Virus record (IMG/VR): IMGVR_UViG_3300042398_000969
Span: 105,423 to 169,422 of that record
Strand: one strand, 5' to 3'
Length of the DNA: 64,000 nt
Source: a virus
Part shown: positions 41,259-52,069 of the stretch, piece after piece
Position numbering within the stretch: the stretch's first letter is position 1
Layout of the letters: each line of letters starts with the position of its first letter
Translations under genes and position numbers: made by a program
Notes under the pieces: generated by a model
What the model saw: only the letters and a program-made list of their open reading frames with translations
Database searches by the model: none
Told to the model about the DNA's origin: nothing

Positions 41259-41717
41259 TTAAAGTTCGTACTGAAGGTAAGTTGTCTCAGGATCACTAAG
41301 TGACAAAACTTCAGTCAAATCTGCCAAAATCTTCCTCAGCTTTGGTCTGATGTCTACAGCATATCTAACCTTTGGATGATAGTAATGCGCAGGGAAAATT
41401 CTTTCAATAAATACCTCGTCAAGTTGCTTAATTTGCAACAAAAAATACTGTTCATCCAATTCTTTAGGGTCTTCCACAATCTCGCTATTCATGAAAAATG
41501 CTTGATTTTCGGATAGATAATCAGAACTTTTTATTTTCAAATCTTCAGAAATTTCAGCACAAATATATTTTACTTCTTCGTGTAAATTCATAGATTTTTT
41601 TGTCTTTGGATTGAAATCCCTTACGTTGAAATATCTTTGACAAATAATATTTCCGTCTAATGTTAGTAAAAACTCAAATTTGTTTGGGTCTTGCATGTTA
41701 CTATTCATAAATCTCAC
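41259..41717 (-). CDS. Hypothetical protein in the replication operon
   Basis: 152 aa ORF overlapping the upstream stop; start uncertain. Confidence 0.7.
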   Translation of the reverse strand: MRFMNSNMQDPNKFEFLLTLDGNIICQRYFNVRDFNPKTKKSMNLHEEVKYICAEISEDLKIKSSDYLSENQAFFMNSEIVEDPKELDEQYFLLQIKQLDEVFIERIFPAHYYHPKVRYAVDIRPKLRKILADLTEVLSLSDPETTYLQYEL

Positions 41718-42736
41718 TTTTTAATATTAAATTTTATTATTTTTTTATTTTTTTCTTTTCTTGTTAATCTTAAGAATGGGTTTAGAAAATTTACCAAGCC
41801 GTCGTCTGATTTAGGTATTAAGCTGAATATCCCATCTTCCTGCATCAATCTCATCATATTCTTATATGACCGACCTTCTGAGTCTAAATTCTCCTTTATC
41901 AATGAAATGATCCCAATTTTAGCATCGTCTGTTAATATGGGGTCATCTAGGCATACCATTTTATTATTTATCTCGAAGAATTCATCTCCAAAGACTCCTA
42001 ATTTAGTAACGCCTGTTAGAAAATTTTGAATGAGTCTATTATGTCTATCAGATTCAAATAATATATCACCCTGATTTCTTACTTCTTGTAAAGTTAATTG
42101 TTTTGTTTTAATTTCTGGGAACATACTGATAAGTCTTTTTATCCCCAAGTTTTTGATACCAAATATATTGTCAGATGGATCACCACATAAGATCTTTATG
42201 AGCTTTACGTTTTCAATTAAAACGTCTTCGTGGTCATATTGTATAATATCATTTCTAGAATATAATTTTCTATGAGATGGATTATATAAAACAACGTCAT
42301 CATTAATTAATTGTACTAAATCTCTATCAGATGAATAGATGATCTTTTTCTCAGATGTTGAGGATTGTGTATAAAAAGCTATACAATCGTCAGCTTCGCA
42401 GTATTCAAACTCTGCCTGTCTAACATATAACTCTTCCAGATATTGTTTGATTCTGTTTCTTTGGTATTGATACGAATTGATCTCCTCCTCAGTTCTGTTT
42501 CTTTGTTTTCTATTTTCTTTGTATTGATGGTATATTTTCTTTCTTGATAAAGAGCCTTCTCTACCATCCCAAAATACACAGATTTTGTCTAACTGATATG
42601 TTTCGAAAGATCTTCTAAGGGTGTCGATAAAGTGGAATAAACCCCCAATATGTTGACCCTTATAAAATCTATTCTTCTGACCGTAAAAACCTATGGTTAA
42701 CAAATTATCACCGTCAACCAACAATGTTTTAGACAT
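41714..42736 (-). CDS. 5'-3' exonuclease / flap endonuclease (T4 RNase H-like)
   Basis: LLVDGDN, YKENR, EADD, SSDRD, GDPSDNI.G..G.K helix-hairpin-helix. Confidence 0.92.
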   Translation of the reverse strand: MSKTLLVDGDNLLTIGFYGQKNRFYKGQHIGGLFHFIDTLRRSFETYQLDKICVFWDGREGSLSRKKIYHQYKENRKQRNRTEEEINSYQYQRNRIKQYLEELYVRQAEFEYCEADDCIAFYTQSSTSEKKIIYSSDRDLVQLINDDVVLYNPSHRKLYSRNDIIQYDHEDVLIENVKLIKILCGDPSDNIFGIKNLGIKRLISMFPEIKTKQLTLQEVRNQGDILFESDRHNRLIQNFLTGVTKLGVFGDEFFEINNKMVCLDDPILTDDAKIGIISLIKENLDSEGRSYKNMMRLMQEDGIFSLIPKSDDGLVNFLNPFLRLTRKEKNKKIIKFNIKK

Positions 42737-42772
42737 TTCGTCTATTGTATTAAAAGTTAAAAAATAAAAACA

Positions 42773-43786
42773 CTATTCTCCACCAATTTCTTCATCCTCA
42801 GATTCAGAAAATTCAATATCACCATCACCAAATCCACCTAGTACTTGATTCCAATAATCAGAATAATCTTTCTTATATGTATCTAATGCTTCTTTCGTAT
42901 CGTGGATGTATCCTTGTGGTACTGCAATAATTTTTCCATCTCTATATGCTAAACCATTTACGTGGTTCTTAAGGATTGAGATTTTAGTTCTAATTGCATA
43001 TGTAACTTTTCTGCCACCCTTAACTGCATCAATGTGATTGATACCAGCTTTCTTTTGGTTACCGAATAAGAATACAATTGATGATGCTAACCATAATGCT
43101 TCACCACCTTTTGCTTTGATTTCTGGTTGTCCAAATGGATTATCAGGAAGCTCAACCCATGGTTGGTTAACAACAATCATTGTAACGTATAACGGATTCT
43201 CTTTAGTTGGATAATCTTCTTTTTTAGATTTAGAAATTCTTGAGTGAATACCCATACCAATTTTATCTGCTAAAGCTGATGCATTATGTTGCTTACCACC
43301 TTTACCTTCAAAGGTCATTTTACATGGAACAGATCCAACAGAATCCCAACAAATCAATAAGTTTTTACTTAATTTACCAGATGCCTGCGCATCAATTAAT
43401 TTGTTAATAAAATCTGTAATTTCTTCAATGTAATCAAATCCATCATTAAAGATAAAATTACCATGCCATTCTCCATCTTCATCTTGTTCAGCTTGAAGAC
43501 CTAATTGAACAGCGTGCTCCCAGTTCCATTTCTTTTCTGTAATAATGAAAACAGGTAAGTGTCCTTTCTTTTGTGCATCTACAGCAGCTAAAATCATTGC
43601 TGTTGTCTTAGATGAGTTAGAGTGACCTAGAAACATGTTAATACCACCCATAACCGGACCAGGCATACCACAAGCATCTAAAAATGCTTGACCACAATAA
43701 TAGTAGTTGGTTTCTTTATATTTTGTCTTCGTTGAAAACTCCTTCAGGATGTCTTCGTCGTTAAATTGTTTTTTCTTAATAGCCAT
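42773..43786 (-). CDS. RecA/UvsX-like recombinase
   Basis: P-loop-like GHSNSSKTT, ITE, WDSVG, VNQ, GGEA, KNH. Confidence 0.85.
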   Translation of the reverse strand: MAIKKKQFNDEDILKEFSTKTKYKETNYYYCGQAFLDACGMPGPVMGGINMFLGHSNSSKTTAMILAAVDAQKKGHLPVFIITEKKWNWEHAVQLGLQAEQDEDGEWHGNFIFNDGFDYIEEITDFINKLIDAQASGKLSKNLLICWDSVGSVPCKMTFEGKGGKQHNASALADKIGMGIHSRISKSKKEDYPTKENPLYVTMIVVNQPWVELPDNPFGQPEIKAKGGEALWLASSIVFLFGNQKKAGINHIDAVKGGRKVTYAIRTKISILKNHVNGLAYRDGKIIAVPQGYIHDTKEALDTYKKDYSDYWNQVLGGFGDGDIEFSESEDEEIGGE

Positions 43787-43800
43787 GTTATAGTTTTTTT

Positions 43801-43834
43801 AAAAATGGGGCTTGTGACGTTATCTCCGCCCCTT
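43801..43834 (-). terminator. Weak terminator-like hairpin between the SSB and RecA genes
   Basis: GGGGC...GCCCC followed by ATTTTT. Confidence 0.4.
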
Positions 43835-43840
43835 GTATAA

Positions 43841-44677
43841 TTAGAACGGTAAGTTCTCGTCCGCATCATCTTCCTCCTGTGGATCTTCGATTGGTGCAGA
43901 AGGTGCTTTGAAAACCTCTTCACCTTGTGAGTTAGACACCCACTTCTTAGTATCACTATCCCAACGTGGAGTTTCACCCTTAGCAACCATTTCAAGATAC
44001 TCCTCTGGTTTCTTAGAATAAACGTCAGACCATACTGTTTCTTCATTAACCCACGCACTAGCTGTTGCTCCGTCTGTGTGTAATGGAGATGGATCCTCAG
44101 GCATTACTGAACTGATTGAAGTATATTCTTTACCGTTACCAGACTTGGTTAATGTTAAGAAAATTGTTAAATCTCTACCAGTTTCAACATCGGTAATATC
44201 ACCTTTCTTTTGGAAAATCGGGAAGATCTTATCAATGATACCATCACCCTTAGCGTTGTGCTTAAATCTCCAGAATTTAGGTCCGTCTTGTTCGTTATCT
44301 CTATCAATAACTTTAACGATGTAGAACTTACGTGAACGGTACTGACGAGCTAATTCAGCATCAGATTGAACTTTAGTAGCATATAATGCATCCTTAACCT
44401 CATTTAATGGTGAACGTTTACCTTCTTGAGCTGGATCATATAATTTAGTCCAATTACCATCAATTTGAATCTCGTGGAAGTAACCTTCTTTAAATGGTGT
44501 TTCACCATCTTTAGTTGGTAGGATTCTAATACGTCTTTCACCAGACTTAGAACCTTTAGGAAGAACAGTTGTAAAATACTTTTTCATTCTGTCTTCTTGT
44601 GAAATCTTGTTCGCGTTGCTACTTGTAGCGTTTTTGTTTTTTTCGTACTGTGCTAGTACTGAATCTACTGTTGCCAT
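43841..44677 (-). CDS. Single-stranded DNA-binding protein (T4 gp32-like)
   Basis: RIRILP, GDITDVETGRD, acidic C-tail ending ENLPF. Confidence 0.85.
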   Translation of the reverse strand: MATVDSVLAQYEKNKNATSSNANKISQEDRMKKYFTTVLPKGSKSGERRIRILPTKDGETPFKEGYFHEIQIDGNWTKLYDPAQEGKRSPLNEVKDALYATKVQSDAELARQYRSRKFYIVKVIDRDNEQDGPKFWRFKHNAKGDGIIDKIFPIFQKKGDITDVETGRDLTIFLTLTKSGNGKEYTSISSVMPEDPSPLHTDGATASAWVNEETVWSDVYSKKPEEYLEMVAKGETPRWDSDTKKWVSNSQGEEVFKAPSAPIEDPQEEDDADENLPF

Positions 44678-44722
44678 AATAGTTTTTTTTAATTGTTAAT
44701 AATCTTATGATAAAAGATACAT

Positions 44723-44752
44723 AAAAAAACCCAGATTAAAAAATCTGGGCTT
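44723..44752 (-). terminator. Intrinsic terminator
   Basis: GCCCAGATT-TTTT-AATCTGGGT followed by a T-run. Confidence 0.85.
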
Positions 44753-44777
44753 AATATTTTTTTAAATTTTTTATTTG

Positions 44778-45023
44778 TTAGCTATCAATATCACCCCAAC
44801 TTACAATATAATCATCATAAGTACCCATAAAAGAATTTTTAGCGGTAACGGTATAACCATATGTATTTCTTAATTCATCCGCCATTGACTCGTTCATATG
44901 GTTATTACCAACAAGAATTCTATATAGACCTTGTGAAGTAGCACCGGTAACTAACGAGTTAATATACGAAAGAGATCCGGTTGTTGTATTTGATGCTGTT
45001 AATGCTGCTGATCCTGATATCAT
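44778..45023 (-). CDS. Hypothetical protein
   Basis: 81 aa ORF at the end of the operon. Confidence 0.65.
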   Translation of the reverse strand: MISGSAALTASNTTTGSLSYINSLVTGATSQGLYRILVGNNHMNESMADELRNTYGYTVTAKNSFMGTYDDYIVSWGDIDS

Positions 45024-45036
45024 TTTTTAAATAGTT

Positions 45037-45423
45037 TTATTCTAAAGTTAGAAGGTAGGCTAATTTATTAACCTCGCCAAGCATTTCATCTCTTAAGTTT
45101 AATAAGTCTGTATCACTTTCTGGTGATAATTCTGAGCTTAAGCCGATTAAAAATTCTTTTATTTTTTGTAAAAATTTAACAATTTCAATGTCTAATAAAT
45201 TAAAAATTTCAATTGTTCTATTTGATTCATCAATTGTAAATCTTCCAAACTTACCCATCGATATTTCTACATATTGGTCAATAAGACCATCTAGTGTGTC
45301 ATATATGTTACCAAAAGCCATGTGTCTAGCATAACCCTTTGTCTGCCAATGCATTATCTTAAATTGACATTGTAGACCTAAAAATAGGTTAACATTAGAA
45401 CCTAGATTGTTGTTCGTCTTCAT
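45037..45423 (-). CDS. Ferritin/Dps-like four-helix protein (DUF5856-like)
   Basis: HWQT..YARH.AFG..YD.L..LID..VE...G, LLNLRDEM...NKL.YLLTL. Confidence 0.75.
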   Translation of the reverse strand: MKTNNNLGSNVNLFLGLQCQFKIMHWQTKGYARHMAFGNIYDTLDGLIDQYVEISMGKFGRFTIDESNRTIEIFNLLDIEIVKFLQKIKEFLIGLSSELSPESDTDLLNLRDEMLGEVNKLAYLLTLE

Positions 45424-46039
45424 AAGGGTTAAATGACTGACTTAAGTCTTCTTTAGAATAATTTTCAATGTCGCTCTTAGTTAAAACATATTCGTTTTTA
45501 CCACTAGCTCTCATTTCTTGTTGTTTATGTGCGAAAAATTCTTGAGGTTTTTCATTAAAAGGATATGAATCCAATGAACGCATCTCTAATTTTTCTTGAG
45601 GTGTTTGTGGTTTAACGTCATCTATCTTTGCCCCTAATTGGTCAATTTTAGCAATAACCGCATCCATGTTGCTTAATTTAGCTTCAAGATCATCTAGTTT
45701 GCTGAATACCGCATCCATTTGTTGCATAACACCACTTTGTTCACCTTTAGAAGCTTCTAATTCGTTTTTGATGTTCTTGGTCATATTAACCAAATCTGTA
45801 ACGTCCACTTCTTCAGTATTTTCCGCACCTTCTGGTGAATCTGGTAATGCTGGAGCGTCTGCTGGCATTCCTGCTGGATCAGCTGGTGGCATATCTAAAG
45901 CCGCACCAGGTTCTGCTGGGGCGTCAGTAGGTGCTGGAGCTGCTGGTAATTCTTGCTCAGTAATCACATAAAGTGATTTTGCATTTTTATTAATAGATTT
46001 ATATCTATTGATTTCTTCTAAAAGTTTTTGCTCTAACAT
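45395..46039 (-). CDS. Hypothetical protein (Pro/Ala/Asp-rich linker, coiled coil)
   Basis: LLEEINRY N-terminus, low-complexity linker, heptads. Confidence 0.75.
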   Translation of the reverse strand: MLEQKLLEEINRYKSINKNAKSLYVITEQELPAAPAPTDAPAEPGAALDMPPADPAGMPADAPALPDSPEGAENTEEVDVTDLVNMTKNIKNELEASKGEQSGVMQQMDAVFSKLDDLEAKLSNMDAVIAKIDQLGAKIDDVKPQTPQEKLEMRSLDSYPFNEKPQEFFAHKQQEMRASGKNEYVLTKSDIENYSKEDLSQSFNPYEDEQQSRF

Positions 46040-46043
46040 AGTA

Positions 46044-46241
46044 TTAGTCTTGTAATAATTGTCTACCGTCTTCGGTAATGTATTTTTTATTTATTCTTTC
46101 AACGATACCGTCTTTTGATCTAATAACATAGCATTCGCCAGTTTGTAAATCGCACTCCTCTCTTTCCATTGAGTCATTTGATACTTGTCTAGAAACCTTT
46201 GGGTTTAAGAACTGATCTACTGATTTATTTAATTTTTCCAT
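46044..46241 (-). CDS. Hypothetical protein
   Basis: 65 aa, preceded by TATTTATA at 46260-46267. Confidence 0.7.
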   Translation of the reverse strand: MEKLNKSVDQFLNPKVSRQVSNDSMEREECDLQTGECYVIRSKDGIVERINKKYITEDGRQLLQD

Positions 46242-46279
46242 AATGTTAAAATATATACCTATAAATACTTTAATAATTA

Positions 46280-49200
46280 CTATTTTCTAATGTTTAGTCT
46301 AAAATAGACCACATCTCCTTCATTTAGTTTTAATTTTTTCATAAGCTTAGCAGACATTGCTATTCCGTATTGACTAGCTTTACTGTCTGTTATTGATGGG
46401 CCATTGTGTACGGGGCCGTCAAATCTTCCAGTTGATGGGTTAACATCTGTTGTTAACTTGTAAGTCAAACGTAAGCTAGGGTTATAAAACTCAGTATCAT
46501 ATTTGAAAATTTCTTCTTTGTTGTTATTCAAAACCATTCTAACTGCATAATAATCATAAAGACTATCTTTAATGTCGGTATATTTCTTAATGACATTTGG
46601 ATATGCTTTCCATCCGCTAACTAACTCTAATTCACCTGTTGGATCATACTTTGATCCGCCAAATAAAACTACTCTAGTTCTAAGCCAGAATTCACCCTTA
46701 GCTGGTTCAATATATTGAATATACTTTTCTGTTCCGCTGCCCACCTTGGCACCATTATATGGAATCATATCATATAACAATCCAGATTGATTAACTATGA
46801 TTTTTGATAAATCTTCATTACCTACAGCAGATCCTGGATCAATACTAAAGCTTTGTTTATCTTTTGTTGTTATTGTTCTTTCCGTTGTAACACCTGGGTT
46901 AGTTTGTTGTTTCTTCTTAACCGCCGATGATAGTAATCTACTAAACAATGGTCTATAGCTAGACATAAATGTGCTGTCTAATGAAGGTAAGCTACTGTTT
47001 GAAATTCTGACGCCAGTAAATGATGTTTCAAACTGTCCAGCTTTTATAGAATGACTAACATCAAATATTAAGTATGTACCATTAAACATGGGGACATTAG
47101 CTAGATAGAAGTACATTGTTGGTTGTAACATAACATTACCCATACAAGTTACACTACATTGATATGACGCAGTTTTGTAAATGTCAAATAAACCAATATC
47201 AACAGAATGTGATCCACCACCACCTTGTGATCTGGCTAATCTTTCTTGTGCAAGTGCACTTTCTGTTGTATTTTTATAAGTGCTTTGATCTAATGATATA
47301 CTTTTAAAAACTCCTTGTGCTTGATCACCAAAATTAACTTCAAATGAAACAACCCTATTTGAATTAGCAGTATCGGTTTCCATGAATATTCTTGGTTCAA
47401 CAATTAAAGGATTGTTATTTGTGTCTTTAATATCAAAGCTATCGCTTTTAAATTTATATTCTTTGTTAACTCTAGACATATCCAAATATTGTGATGTCTT
47501 GTTAATGTATTGTAAAATAATTTTTGGTGAAGATTCTTGATAATCCACATCTAAAAATGTACCAAATAAATTTCTGGCTAAATTCTTAGACGGTATTATT
47601 CTTTTCTTGTTACTTGTATTTGTTCCGTAAAAATTAATGTAAGCCGGTAAAGGTCTCATATCAAAATTAGTACCTTGAATTAAAGTTGATATTGCGCTAT
47701 ATAAATCTATCTTGGCGTTTCTTTCGTTACCCAATGAAATAAGTCTCTCTAAACTAATATAAGACGTTTTACCAATATCTCTATTTGCTCTATCTAAAAA
47801 TAAAAACTCATCCATTAAATGTCTTTGACCAATAGCATTACCTGCTATCCATTTGTCATTAAATGATTTAAAGTATTGATATAAATCTAGCTTTGTTGTC
47901 TTCGCCTCATTATAACCATGATATATGGTGATTTTTTCTTTCTTTTTTTCTTGTGCTAAATTTTTAAATTTCTTTATAAAATTTTGTAAAAAAATTGAAA
48001 GCCTATTGTCTTGTGGATCAAATATATTTGTTTTTACATATAATTTAAATTCATTATAATTTGGAACAAATAAGTTATCTTTTGTTTTATTATCTTTAAC
48101 CCAACCAGCATATATTCTAGCCAATTCTCTGTGCGAGTATATATTTTCTTCAGTTACCTCAATGTTACTTACTTGGAAAAAGTTTTCATATAGGTTTGTT
48201 ATACCACTATATGTTGTACCAGTTATATTTTGACCAATATATAATTTTATTAAGTCTTTTGTTCCTGGAGTGTACACACCGCCAATTGTTGAGCCAGTTG
48301 TTAGTTGTGAAACATCATATTTGTTTGGTAAATATGATTTTGAATTACCAACAAACCCATTAATTATATAATCATCAATTTGTTTTGGGTTACCAATAAC
48401 TAATTTTCTTAAATTTTTATTATCTAACATGCTTTTTGTCAAAGCTTCTAGTTTTGTTTTTTGTGCATCAATAACCTTTTCTCTGGCACCATCAACTGCT
48501 AGGTTAATACCCGTTTTTTCTATACTACATATTTCTTTTAATATTTCTTGAAAAGAAGTATAATCGTGGGTACTACCTTTTAAGGAGTCAACATCTAAAT
48601 CTAAAGATGAGTACTCTAAAAACATAGACTCGAACTCATCCAATAATTTTGGACTGAAAGTGGCAATTAAATCAATTACTTTTTTCTTATTACCTGTTAA
48701 TGAAAATAAGTTTCTAGTTGTTTTGAACATTTCATCAGGTCCTGGGAAGTATAAAACATTATATGTTGGATGTTTAGTTAAATCGCTATCGTCCAATATA
48801 ATTCTAAAAGAATCCTGTAATAGACTTGGAAAACTATCAACTATATTGCTAATTTTTGATGCGCCATTAGATGGTAAAATTGTATACCTATTATCTGTAG
48901 CTTTAAACCTTGAATTATCCACTAAAGATGTTAATGTGAATCCACTTTTGCTTGTTGGTTTCTCTAAAATATATTTTGTAATTCCAGTTGCAACTGCACT
49001 ATTATATTGTGAACTTGCGTTAACAGCTGTTGCACTTGTTTTTGTAAATCCAGATGGGTTATAAAAACTATACCCATTTACTATTTGATGGAATATACCA
49101 TGATAATATGGATAAACCCCAACATAAGAATTTGATGAATATGTGACAGCACTCATTGATGGGGTAACGGCACTAAGATTAAACGGTACGTTTGTCCCGT

Positions 49201-52069
49201 TGTCAAAAAACGTTGATCCATTTATTGAAACAGTAACCCCACTTAAAATGTCAACACCTTCTTTAAGGTATTTTTTATATCTATGATATATCGCACCCCA
49301 TTTTAACATTAAGTAATATGGAACATAGTGTGTTGCTGCAACCTCTTTAAATAAAGATGACATAAGAACCTTATTACCATCAAATTCAATAACATCGTCC
49401 AGATCTTTATATGGCAAAGAATTTAATAAAATGTAAGCAGAACCAACATATCTTTCAGAAACACCTCCCTTGAAGAAGTCATTAAATAATTGTTTGTGAA
49501 AGTATGGTGTGTTTAATAAGTTTCTTGTTTGGCCACTAAGTGTTATTTTTTGACTAAATATATTTTTAGTATATGCACTTAATATCCAGGATTCTGAATT
49601 AATAGGTGAACTAATGAAATTGTCATTCTGATTTACCTTAAAGATATTCGTGAACTTATAATCATTAGTATTTAAAACCTTATTACCAAGATATGATTGA
49701 TATAACTCTGAATTAAATGGAAACTCTTTTAATCTATATGGATCAATTTTATAATCGTCAAGAGCAGCTTGTAATTTTGTATATGTTGTATCGGTAGTGC
49801 TACCTGAAACAACATTATTATATTCTACAATATCAAAATCTCTATCAACAAATTCTTTTATATACTCAACTGTTGGTAACCTATCTTGATAATATGGATA
49901 CCTTTCTCTCTGTGAATATGAATACATAAAATTAACTAAAGTTTGTGTACTCTTAACTTGTTGATTTAACACCTCTCTAACATCAATATCACTTTCAATT
50001 GCGCTATCTAATGTTTCAAATTCTTTAGCGCAAATTTCATCTAATCCTTTATCATATATAAAATTACTATATGATGTTATATATTGTGCTCTTTCAAATA
50101 TTTCATAAAATATAGATGCTAATGATTTATCAGTATATGGATATTTTTCACCAATTTTAAATAAAGTACTTACATTTCTAACTTCTCTTTTTTCGTCCTT
50201 ACCATCAAATACAAACATTAAATCTGATGGGAATATTTCTTTACCGCTTTCAGCATCAACTCGTTTGGTTGCTACACTGTTATATGTTTCAATAAACTCA
50301 ACTTCTGGCCAAAGTGAAAAATTATTACCTTGCGTTGTTTTTATAACTTCAGTATCTGCTGGATAATAGTGTGTATATGATTCTTTGTTACCCTTTTTCT
50401 TAACTTCTGGCCAAGGATATATAACTTCATTTTTATTATTGCTGATTTCGCCAACGATTGCTTCTTTTCTAAAATTAGATCTTTGAATTGCTTTTCTATG
50501 CACATCCTGCATTAATCTAATATAAGTGTCAGCATTGGCCAAAATAACAGCAAAAATGTTTCTTATTGTTGGGTCAAAACCAAATCCATTGTCATTATTT
50601 CTAATAACCTCATTCATTTTAGCTTCAACAGCTTTTTCAACATTGTCTCTACTTTTAATGAATGCGTTTTGTATATCTTTAATTCTTTGTATTAATTTTT
50701 CATTAGCAACACCAAACTTACCACCTTCTGTTGTATAAAAATCTTTTATATTTCTTATTGAATCTAATGATATTGTTTTTGTTTTAATTTCTTTTTTGTT
50801 TTCAATTTTTTTACCAAACGCCAAATTGTTTTCTAAATCAGCAATACCTTTATCTATAATACTTTTTAATGAAAGGTTATTTGTTGTTCCAGTAATAATA
50901 TCCGCGCTTGCAGCTCCGTTTGATGTTTGTGTTCTATCATTTGTTACTTTATTTAAAGCATAATAAATAACATCACCATCTTCTTTAACAGTATCAGTGG
51001 AATTTAAATATCTATTACCCCATGATATAATTCTTTTTTCTAGGTTATCTAACACTTTATCATATTCTGCCACATCACTTAAAACATTTGGATTAACAGT
51101 TTCTGAAAACAATGTTGATTCAATTATACTTTCTAAGCCGCTGGCTGTCATTAAAAGTTCTCTAAGTGTTTTAACCGGAAAATCTTTGTCGATATATCCC
51201 TTTGCTTTATAATCAGAATAAACCGATTTTAAAATAGAATAACCCTTTGTAGTTTTAGATATTTTCTTTTCTACAAATCCTGTCTTGGGATTTGTTTTAT
51301 ATGGCTCAGTTGATTCAACCATATACATATATGGTGCATTAACAATGTTCTGAAGTAATATGTCATTTAGAAAAGCGTATGTTGAACCAACAAATTTTGT
51401 TGATATTTCAAAGTTACCGGTGTTACCATTAAATCTGGTTTTAAAATCAACAAGTTGTATTCTATATCTAATAGCTTTACCATAATACCCTTTAACCGTT
51501 AAATAAAATATTGGCCAAGGTTGGTGAAAAAACGCTTTATATGGAGAATTCTCTGGTGAGTCAAATAATGTTTTACCTCTTACATCAATAAAGTTAATTG
51601 ATACTTGCGGTATATTACTAGCACCCTTAACAACAATATTAATACTTTCAATTCCAAATGTCTGAGCAGTTGGATCGTAGCTTTTTGCTCTATTTAAATT
51701 AGTTCCCGCAAATGCATTTACCACAGCATTTATTGCATCTTGCTTTGATGATATTGGAACAAACGTTTCGGTCCAGTTTGTATCAAAGTTGTTTTGAAAC
51801 TCATCTTTATCACCCTGGTTTCTCATCATATTAAATGTACCAGATGCTAATGATGTTAATGTACTTTTTTCGGATTCAGAATAAAGAACACTTCTGGGAA
51901 CTAAATCAGCTTCCAAATTAACATACATAACTAGATTCTCATGATCAACCAATCTACTTTGTAACTGACCATCTTGATCCAATACTGTATTAGGGTCAAC
52001 GTGAACTACATTCTGTTGATCGACTACTACAAGTATGTTTTCATTCTGACTTATTTTATTATTCCCCAT
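46280..52069 (-). CDS. Giant baseplate hub-like protein
   Basis: 1929 aa; N-terminal FGIESI.I..PQV.I.F.DVRG and late V.CMGN.MLQP..YF...PMFNG.Y.I..V.H.I...F.T.F.G.R resemble gp27/gpD-type hub strands; follows TMP and LysM-like genes. Confidence 0.65.
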   Translation of the reverse strand: MGNNKISQNENILVVVDQQNVVHVDPNTVLDQDGQLQSRLVDHENLVMYVNLEADLVPRSVLYSESEKSTLTSLASGTFNMMRNQGDKDEFQNNFDTNWTETFVPISSKQDAINAVVNAFAGTNLNRAKSYDPTAQTFGIESINIVVKGASNIPQVSINFIDVRGKTLFDSPENSPYKAFFHQPWPIFYLTVKGYYGKAIRYRIQLVDFKTRFNGNTGNFEISTKFVGSTYAFLNDILLQNIVNAPYMYMVESTEPYKTNPKTGFVEKKISKTTKGYSILKSVYSDYKAKGYIDKDFPVKTLRELLMTASGLESIIESTLFSETVNPNVLSDVAEYDKVLDNLEKRIISWGNRYLNSTDTVKEDGDVIYYALNKVTNDRTQTSNGAASADIITGTTNNLSLKSIIDKGIADLENNLAFGKKIENKKEIKTKTISLDSIRNIKDFYTTEGGKFGVANEKLIQRIKDIQNAFIKSRDNVEKAVEAKMNEVIRNNDNGFGFDPTIRNIFAVILANADTYIRLMQDVHRKAIQRSNFRKEAIVGEISNNKNEVIYPWPEVKKKGNKESYTHYYPADTEVIKTTQGNNFSLWPEVEFIETYNSVATKRVDAESGKEIFPSDLMFVFDGKDEKREVRNVSTLFKIGEKYPYTDKSLASIFYEIFERAQYITSYSNFIYDKGLDEICAKEFETLDSAIESDIDVREVLNQQVKSTQTLVNFMYSYSQRERYPYYQDRLPTVEYIKEFVDRDFDIVEYNNVVSGSTTDTTYTKLQAALDDYKIDPYRLKEFPFNSELYQSYLGNKVLNTNDYKFTNIFKVNQNDNFISSPINSESWILSAYTKNIFSQKITLSGQTRNLLNTPYFHKQLFNDFFKGGVSERYVGSAYILLNSLPYKDLDDVIEFDGNKVLMSSLFKEVAATHYVPYYLMLKWGAIYHRYKKYLKEGVDILSGVTVSINGSTFFDNGTNVPFNLSAVTPSMSAVTYSSNSYVGVYPYYHGIFHQIVNGYSFYNPSGFTKTSATAVNASSQYNSAVATGITKYILEKPTSKSGFTLTSLVDNSRFKATDNRYTILPSNGASKISNIVDSFPSLLQDSFRIILDDSDLTKHPTYNVLYFPGPDEMFKTTRNLFSLTGNKKKVIDLIATFSPKLLDEFESMFLEYSSLDLDVDSLKGSTHDYTSFQEILKEICSIEKTGINLAVDGAREKVIDAQKTKLEALTKSMLDNKNLRKLVIGNPKQIDDYIINGFVGNSKSYLPNKYDVSQLTTGSTIGGVYTPGTKDLIKLYIGQNITGTTYSGITNLYENFFQVSNIEVTEENIYSHRELARIYAGWVKDNKTKDNLFVPNYNEFKLYVKTNIFDPQDNRLSIFLQNFIKKFKNLAQEKKKEKITIYHGYNEAKTTKLDLYQYFKSFNDKWIAGNAIGQRHLMDEFLFLDRANRDIGKTSYISLERLISLGNERNAKIDLYSAISTLIQGTNFDMRPLPAYINFYGTNTSNKKRIIPSKNLARNLFGTFLDVDYQESSPKIILQYINKTSQYLDMSRVNKEYKFKSDSFDIKDTNNNPLIVEPRIFMETDTANSNRVVSFEVNFGDQAQGVFKSISLDQSTYKNTTESALAQERLARSQGGGGSHSVDIGLFDIYKTASYQCSVTCMGNVMLQPTMYFYLANVPMFNGTYLIFDVSHSIKAGQFETSFTGVRISNSSLPSLDSTFMSSYRPLFSRLLSSAVKKKQQTNPGVTTERTITTKDKQSFSIDPGSAVGNEDLSKIIVNQSGLLYDMIPYNGAKVGSGTEKYIQYIEPAKGEFWLRTRVVLFGGSKYDPTGELELVSGWKAYPNVIKKYTDIKDSLYDYYAVRMVLNNNKEEIFKYDTEFYNPSLRLTYKLTTDVNPSTGRFDGPVHNGPSITDSKASQYGIAMSAKLMKKLKLNEGDVVYFRLNIRK

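Noticed and set aside
36395-43786. Introns or inteins in nrdA, nrdB, helicase or recA
   Set aside because: All are contiguous and of normal length, with no intein or homing-endonuclease motifs
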